A stretch of DNA of 64,000 bases from contig CAYTPC010000146.1 of assembly GCA_964439605.1 (NCBI GenBank), forward strand, positions 17,602 to 81,601, in the 5' to 3' direction. A program made the position numbers and the translations under genes. Under the pieces are notes generated by a model, which was not told where the DNA came from, searched no databases, and was given only the letters and a program-made list of their open reading frames with translations. The stretch is from an uncultured Burkholderiaceae bacterium (lineage in GTDB: Bacteria; Pseudomonadota; Gammaproteobacteria; Burkholderiales; Burkholderiaceae_C). Below, in pieces: positions 59,721-64,000 of the stretch. Position 1 is the stretch's first letter. Each line of letters starts with the position of its first letter.

Positions 59721-61136
59721 TTATCTCAAAACGCGCCCGGGGTTCATCAGGTTGTCTGGATCCAGTGCGCGCTTGATCGCGCGCATCATCGACAGAGCAA
59801 CCGGCGACTTGTATTTTTCGAGTGCGTGCACCTTCAACCCGCCAACGCCGTGTTCGGCCGAGAAGGAACCGCCATAGCGCGCCACCGCGTCATATACCAG
59901 CGTGTTGACGCGCTGCTCGTGTTCGCGCAGGAAAATTCTTGCATCACTATCGGCCGGCGCCTGCACGTTGTAGTGCAGATTGCCGTCGCCAAGATGTCCG
60001 AAGTTTACCAGTCGTACGCCAGATATTTCGCGTGCGAGCAGTGCATCGGTCTCGGCCACGAAGGCCGGGATGCGCGAGATAGGGATCGAGATGTCGTGCT
60101 TGATATTCAATCCTTCCTTGGCCTGTGCGAGCGGGATGCTTTCTCGTGCGTCCCACAATTGCTGTGCCTGCGCAAGGCTGTCGGCCACGATCGCATCGTG
60201 CGCGCAGCCGGTTTCGAGCGCGGCGCCCAGCAGCGTTTCGAGCCGTTCGCGCGCGTGGGCTTCGGATTGGCTGTCGGAAAGTTCAAGCAGCACGCCCCAA
60301 GGGGCGGGGCTGTCATCGAAAAAGGGCACCCGCAGCAGCGGATAGTGCTTGACGACGAGCGAAAGCGCGAAATGCCCCATGACTTCAAAGCCCGTCAAGC
60401 CCGGACCCAGGTACCGGTGTGCCAGTGTGAGCAATTCCACCGCCGCATCGAGCGAGGGCAGAGCTGCCCAGGCCGACAGGCGCGCGACCGGCATCGGGTA
60501 GAGCTTGAGCGTCGCGGCGGTGATGATGCCCAGCGTGCCTTCGCTGCCAATGAACAGGTCGCGCAGGTCGTAGCCGGTGTTGTCCTTGCGCAGGCCGCTG
60601 GTGCCGTCCCAGATTTCGCCTGCGGGGGTCACCACTTCCAGCCCCAGGCACAGCTCGCGCATGTTGCCGTAGCGAAGCACCTGCGTGCCGCCCGCGTTGG
60701 TTGCGAGATTGCCGCCGATGGTGCAGCTGCCTTCGGCGGCCAGACTCAGCGGAAATAGAAAGCCCGCCTGTTCGGCGGCCTGTTGCAGCGATTGCAGTAC
60801 GCAGCCTGCTTGCACGGTGATCGTGAGGTTGGCCGCGTCGAGTGCGCGCACCGCGTTCATGCGCGACAGGCTCAGGAGCACCTGCGTGCCGCTGGCGTCG
60901 GGCGTCGATCCGACCGACAGGCCCGTGTTGCCGCCCTGCGGCACGATCGCCGCGCCCGCGGCCGCACAGGCTTTGACTACCGCCGCGGTCTGCGCGGTAT
61001 CGCCGGGCCGCACCACGGCCAGCGCCTTGCCGCGTGCGCGTTGACGCCAATCCTGTTCGTAGGCGCCAAGGTCGCCCTGCGTGAGCACGTGAGCGGCGCC
61101 GACGATGGCGCGCAGGGTGTCGGGCAGGGCGTTCAT
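59721..61136 (-). CDS. FAD-linked oxidase (GlcD / D-2-hydroxyacid dehydrogenase-like)
   Basis: Start ATG 61136 ([23 protein letters not shown]…), ATGA overlap with the upstream gene. FAD_binding_4-type …[33 protein letters not shown]…. C-terminal …EHGVGGLK…. Confidence 0.8.
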   Translation of the reverse strand: MNALPDTLRAIVGAAHVLTQGDLGAYEQDWRQRARGKALAVVRPGDTAQTAAVVKACAAAGAAIVPQGGNTGLSVGSTPDASGTQVLLSLSRMNAVRALDAANLTITVQAGCVLQSLQQAAEQAGFLFPLSLAAEGSCTIGGNLATNAGGTQVLRYGNMRELCLGLEVVTPAGEIWDGTSGLRKDNTGYDLRDLFIGSEGTLGIITAATLKLYPMPVARLSAWAALPSLDAAVELLTLAHRYLGPGLTGFEVMGHFALSLVVKHYPLLRVPFFDDSPAPWGVLLELSDSQSEAHARERLETLLGAALETGCAHDAIVADSLAQAQQLWDARESIPLAQAKEGLNIKHDISIPISRIPAFVAETDALLAREISGVRLVNFGHLGDGNLHYNVQAPADSDARIFLREHEQRVNTLVYDAVARYGGSFSAEHGVGGLKVHALEKYKSPVALSMMRAIKRALDPDNLMNPGRVLR

Positions 61137-61546
61137 GAGATATCGGCGGCGCGGGCCGCGCGCAGGCGCAGTTGGATGTGCATCACGCAGGCGGCGAATA
61201 ACGCCAGGCACAGCGCGATCTCGATGCCGGCGAGCACGCGTCCCAGGGGCTGCGTGTCGCTCCAGGCGCGTACCACGCCTTCGGCGAAGTACAGCCAGAC
61301 CAGCAGGCTGACCCAGCGATAGGTGTACATGCGGTTCTTGAGCAGTCCGGCCAACGGAACGGCCAGCGGCAGCACTTTGAGCGCGAGCCAGGAGCCGCCC
61401 GGACGCAACGGTGCAAGCCACAATTCCCAGACCAGACCCAGCACGATCAACCCCAGCAGGCTGCCCGCCGCGAACCGGCGCGTCGCCGCCACCGCAGGCG
61501 GCGGTATCGTGTTGGGCGTTAACGAGACGACTGGTGAGGCGTTCAT
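61133..61546 (-). CDS. Small membrane protein (DUF2069-like)
   Basis: Start ATG 61546 (MNASPVVSLTP…). …LKVLPLAVPLAGLLKNRMYTYRWVSLLVWLYFAEGVVRAW…. Confidence 0.55.
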   Translation of the reverse strand: MNASPVVSLTPNTIPPPAVAATRRFAAGSLLGLIVLGLVWELWLAPLRPGGSWLALKVLPLAVPLAGLLKNRMYTYRWVSLLVWLYFAEGVVRAWSDTQPLGRVLAGIEIALCLALFAACVMHIQLRLRAARAADIS

Positions 61547-61618
61547 CTGAGCGGCACAATCAATAAAGCGGGCCGGCGCCAAAAAAATGGTGCTCGGCAC
61601 AAACGGATGATACTGGTC

Positions 61619-62821
61619 ATGAAACGTCAGCAATTTTGGGTCAATTTTTCGCATTTCCCATGGCGAAATACGGTTGCAGTACTCGGTGAGCGTTTCCGGG
61701 AGGATCGGCTTGGTTTAATGGCTGGCAGCCTGACTTTTATAACCACAATGGCATTGGTGCCTTTTTTCACCGTGGCGCTGGCGTTGTTCACTGCCTTTCC
61801 GATTTTTTCCACGATGCAGGGGCGCCTGCAGCGCTGGCTGGTCGAGAGCCTGATCCCCGAAAACATCGCGCGCCATGTCATGGGTTACCTGACGCAGTTT
61901 GCGAGTAAAGCCGGCGGACTTGGGTTGGCGGGGCTGATGATGTTGATCATGACGGCGGTCGCATTGATCCTGACCGTCGACCGGACACTCAATAATATCT
62001 GGCGCGTGGGCGTGCTGCGCCCCTTCGCGCAGCGGGTGCTCATCTATTGGGCAGCGATCACGCTGGGGCCGTTGATACTGGCCGCCAGCCTGAGCACCAC
62101 TGCGTCGGTATTCGCGGCTTCGCGCAACTACGTGGGCAGCGGCGGACTGTCCTTTTTTCTCTTGGTCTTTGAATTCGCGATGCTCGCGGCCGGGCTGACC
62201 GGGCTGTACCGCTACGTGCCCAATACCGACGTGAAGTGGTCGCATGCCTGGAGCGGCGGGTTGTTCAGCGCGCTGGCACTGGAAATCGCCAAGCGCGGCC
62301 TGGCCTATTACCTGAGTCTGGTTCCGACCTATTCGGTGCTGTACGGAGCTTTCGCGGCGGTGCCGATCCTGCTGATCTGGATTTACGTGGCCTGGGTGAT
62401 CGTGCTGCTGGGCGCGGTCATCGCCGCCTACCTGCCGAGCTTGCTCGAAGGCGTGGCGCGGCGCGGCGGCATGCCGGGCTGGACTTTCCTGCTCGCGGTC
62501 GAGGTATTGCAGCACCTTGCCGCGGCGCGCGGCACACCCGCGCGCGGATTGAGTATGCAGGCGCTGGTGACGCAGTTGCGCGTGGATGCGCTGCAACTCG
62601 AATCGGTGCTCGAAAACCTGGTGCAGTTGGATTGGATCGGCCGCATGGCCGAGCAGCCTGCCGAGGGCGGCGCGCGCTACGTACTGCTGGCCGACCCTGA
62701 AAGCACTGCGCTTGCGCCTTTGTTGCGTGTGCTGCTGTTGCCCCGGGATGAGGCGCTCGAAGCCGTGTGGGCGGCGCGCCCGCTGTCGCAACTGCGGCTG
62801 AAAGATGTGCTCGGGGCTTGA
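61619..62821 (+). CDS. YihY/BrkB-family inner-membrane protein
   Basis: ATG 61619 (MKRQQFWVNFSHFPWRNTVAVLGERFREDRLGLMAGSLTFITTMALVPFF…). Six TM segments plus a C-terminal soluble extension. Confidence 0.75.
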   Translation: MKRQQFWVNFSHFPWRNTVAVLGERFREDRLGLMAGSLTFITTMALVPFFTVALALFTAFPIFSTMQGRLQRWLVESLIPENIARHVMGYLTQFASKAGGLGLAGLMMLIMTAVALILTVDRTLNNIWRVGVLRPFAQRVLIYWAAITLGPLILAASLSTTASVFAASRNYVGSGGLSFFLLVFEFAMLAAGLTGLYRYVPNTDVKWSHAWSGGLFSALALEIAKRGLAYYLSLVPTYSVLYGAFAAVPILLIWIYVAWVIVLLGAVIAAYLPSLLEGVARRGGMPGWTFLLAVEVLQHLAAARGTPARGLSMQALVTQLRVDALQLESVLENLVQLDWIGRMAEQPAEGGARYVLLADPESTALAPLLRVLLLPRDEALEAVWAARPLSQLRLKDVLGA

Positions 62822-63249
62822 CGCGCTCAAGCCAGGTGTTCGGGCATATCCCCCCGGAGGCGGCAGTGTCAGGGTGTTCTTCATAATGTCCATGCTGCAA
62901 TGCACCCGCATGGGAATCGGCCAAGTGCAGCGATCACTTAGCAGCGAACGCATCCATCAATCCTTTATGTTTTCCGTGTCCGACCTCAATCCCCAGACCG
63001 TGGGGACTCATTCGTTCATTATTCTCGGCCTAAAAATAGGGTTTTTACATTTCGATTTGCAAATCTGGCGGCTGAGTGATACGGGTTTGCGAGGTTGGAA
63101 ACCGTTACTTGCATTTTTAACGCGATTGCAGTGGTTTTTACGGCACTGCATCATTTCACCTGCTGACTTCGCAGGCGTGAAACAGCGCGGTGCATGCAGC
63201 GTCATCATGGGCGCGCATTCGATGGCGGCAACAGGGCAATAGACGGGCC

Positions 63250-63615
63250 ATGACGGACGACACGTCTTCCTCATTGCCGTGGGTGATCTGCCTGTGCGCG
63301 CAGTGGTGCGGCACCTGCCGCGAATACCGCCCGCTGCTCGCGCAACTGGCGCGCGAGCAGCCCGGCATGCGCTTTGCCTGGGTCGATATCGAGGACCACG
63401 CCGACATTGCCGACGCCTTCGATATCGAAATCTTCCCTACGCTGCTGATCGTCAGTGCGGCGGGCACGCATTTCCTGGGGCCATTGCAGCCCAGGATCGA
63501 GGCGCTGGCGCGTCTACTGGCGGCGCCGCAGCCTGCGCGCCCGCCCAGTGAAGCCGAAAGCGTGCTGATCGCGGCGCTCCAGGCGCGGCCGCAAGTTTTC
63601 GCGGTGGAAGATTGA
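63250..63615 (+). CDS. Thioredoxin-fold protein (WCGTC active site)
   Basis: ATG 63250 (MTDDTSSSLPWVICLCAQWCGTCREYRPLL…VDIEDHADIADAFDIEIFPTLLIV…). Confidence 0.7.
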   Translation: MTDDTSSSLPWVICLCAQWCGTCREYRPLLAQLAREQPGMRFAWVDIEDHADIADAFDIEIFPTLLIVSAAGTHFLGPLQPRIEALARLLAAPQPARPPSEAESVLIAALQARPQVFAVED

Positions 63616-63700
63616 CGCTGTTGGATTGACGCCGTTTCCAGGGTGATCGTGCCGCACACCCCGCTGGCGCCGGCCGCCCCTTCAAGGTAAGCGCGCCGGG

Positions 63701-64000
63701 TCAATCACGCGTCGCGCGCCGCTGTACGCAGGCCACATACGCATCGCCATCGGGCGCGCGGCCCATGCGCTGGGCTTCCCACATCATGCGGCCCAGGCAC
63801 TCCATCGCCACGTGGTGCGCATCCATGAGCGTGCCCAGCCGCGCGGCCAGCAACTCCACTGCTTGGCGGATACCGGGCGGCTGATCGATCGAGCACTGCT
63901 CGCTGATCGACAAGTGCATCGACAAATGCAGAAAAGGGTTCTCGCGCCCGTTGTGGCCGTCGTACACACGTGCGACGGCTGCGTCGGCGTCAGCAAGGTC
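63701..64000 (-). CDS. DUF1841-like protein; C-terminal part, with the 5' end beyond the window
   Basis: …NPFLHLSMHLSISEQCSIDQPPGIRQAV… is the motif I associate with DUF1841. The reading frame stays open upstream of the track's Met to position 64000 (…DLADADAAVARVYDGHNG…). Confidence 0.5.
   Translation of the reverse strand, partial: DLADADAAVARVYDGHNGRENPFLHLSMHLSISEQCSIDQPPGIRQAVELLAARLGTLMDAHHVAMECLGRMMWEAQRMGRAPDGDAYVACVQRRATRD

Noticed and set aside
62805-63242. 145-aa plus-strand ORF and the overlapping 88-aa minus-strand ORF (63008-63274) in the long intergenic region.
   Set aside because: There is no recognisable domain, no convincing RBS, and codon composition is atypical and inconsistent along the ORFs. 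The region is treated as non-coding and reported as a finding instead.

Overview
This window looks like ordinary core chromosome from a high-GC betaproteobacterium. The gene order resembles Burkholderiales/Comamonadaceae, but I could not run any search, so that placement is unconfirmed. About 90% is coding and most genes are on the minus strand.

Main blocks, in order:
- Partial acyl-CoA ligase plus LivFGMH-type ABC importer (1-4803).
- AT-rich scar with a truncated gene remnant, next to an orphan MoxR ATPase (4804-6101).
- MarR / NodT / EmrA / EmrB-type efflux operon with a divergent ABC exporter (6262-13160).
- DUF1178 and NUDIX genes, then the complete nuoA-N operon (13200-29010).
- tRNA-Leu(GAG), secG, tpiA, qor, pnp, rpsO (29064-34368).
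- TonB-dependent receptor with two DUF2946 genes and an orphan LivK-like binding protein (34519-39263).
- hsp20, hisFIE, DUF4870, HIT, tatABC (39392-43873).
- DegS-like protease, Nif3, pdxA, mscL, petABC, sspAB, tRNA-Thr (43927-51940).
- coaE-pilDCB, tRNA-Lys (51999-56831).
- folA / unknown 454-aa ORF / thyA / FAD oxidase / DUF2069 (56910-61546).
- yihY-like, a thioredoxin-like gene and a partial DUF1841 gene (61619-64000).

I found no CRISPR array, integrase, transposase, prophage or recognisable defence gene.

The most unusual item is a 454-aa ORF with atypical composition and no motif I recognise, sitting inside the thyA-folA operon (57430-58794). Secondary oddities:
- A ~165-bp imperfect palindromic element (13671-13835) that supplies the NUDIX stop codon and shares a 14-mer with the rpsO terminator.
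- A paired DUF2946 / TonB-receptor locus with a CxxxM motif.
- A 23-bp tandem duplication at the mscL 3' end.
- A pilBCD cluster with no adjacent pilin gene.
- Two AT-richer, apparently non-coding stretches (4804-5258 and 62822-63249).

All family assignments come from reading the translations by eye and are unverified by HMM or BLAST.
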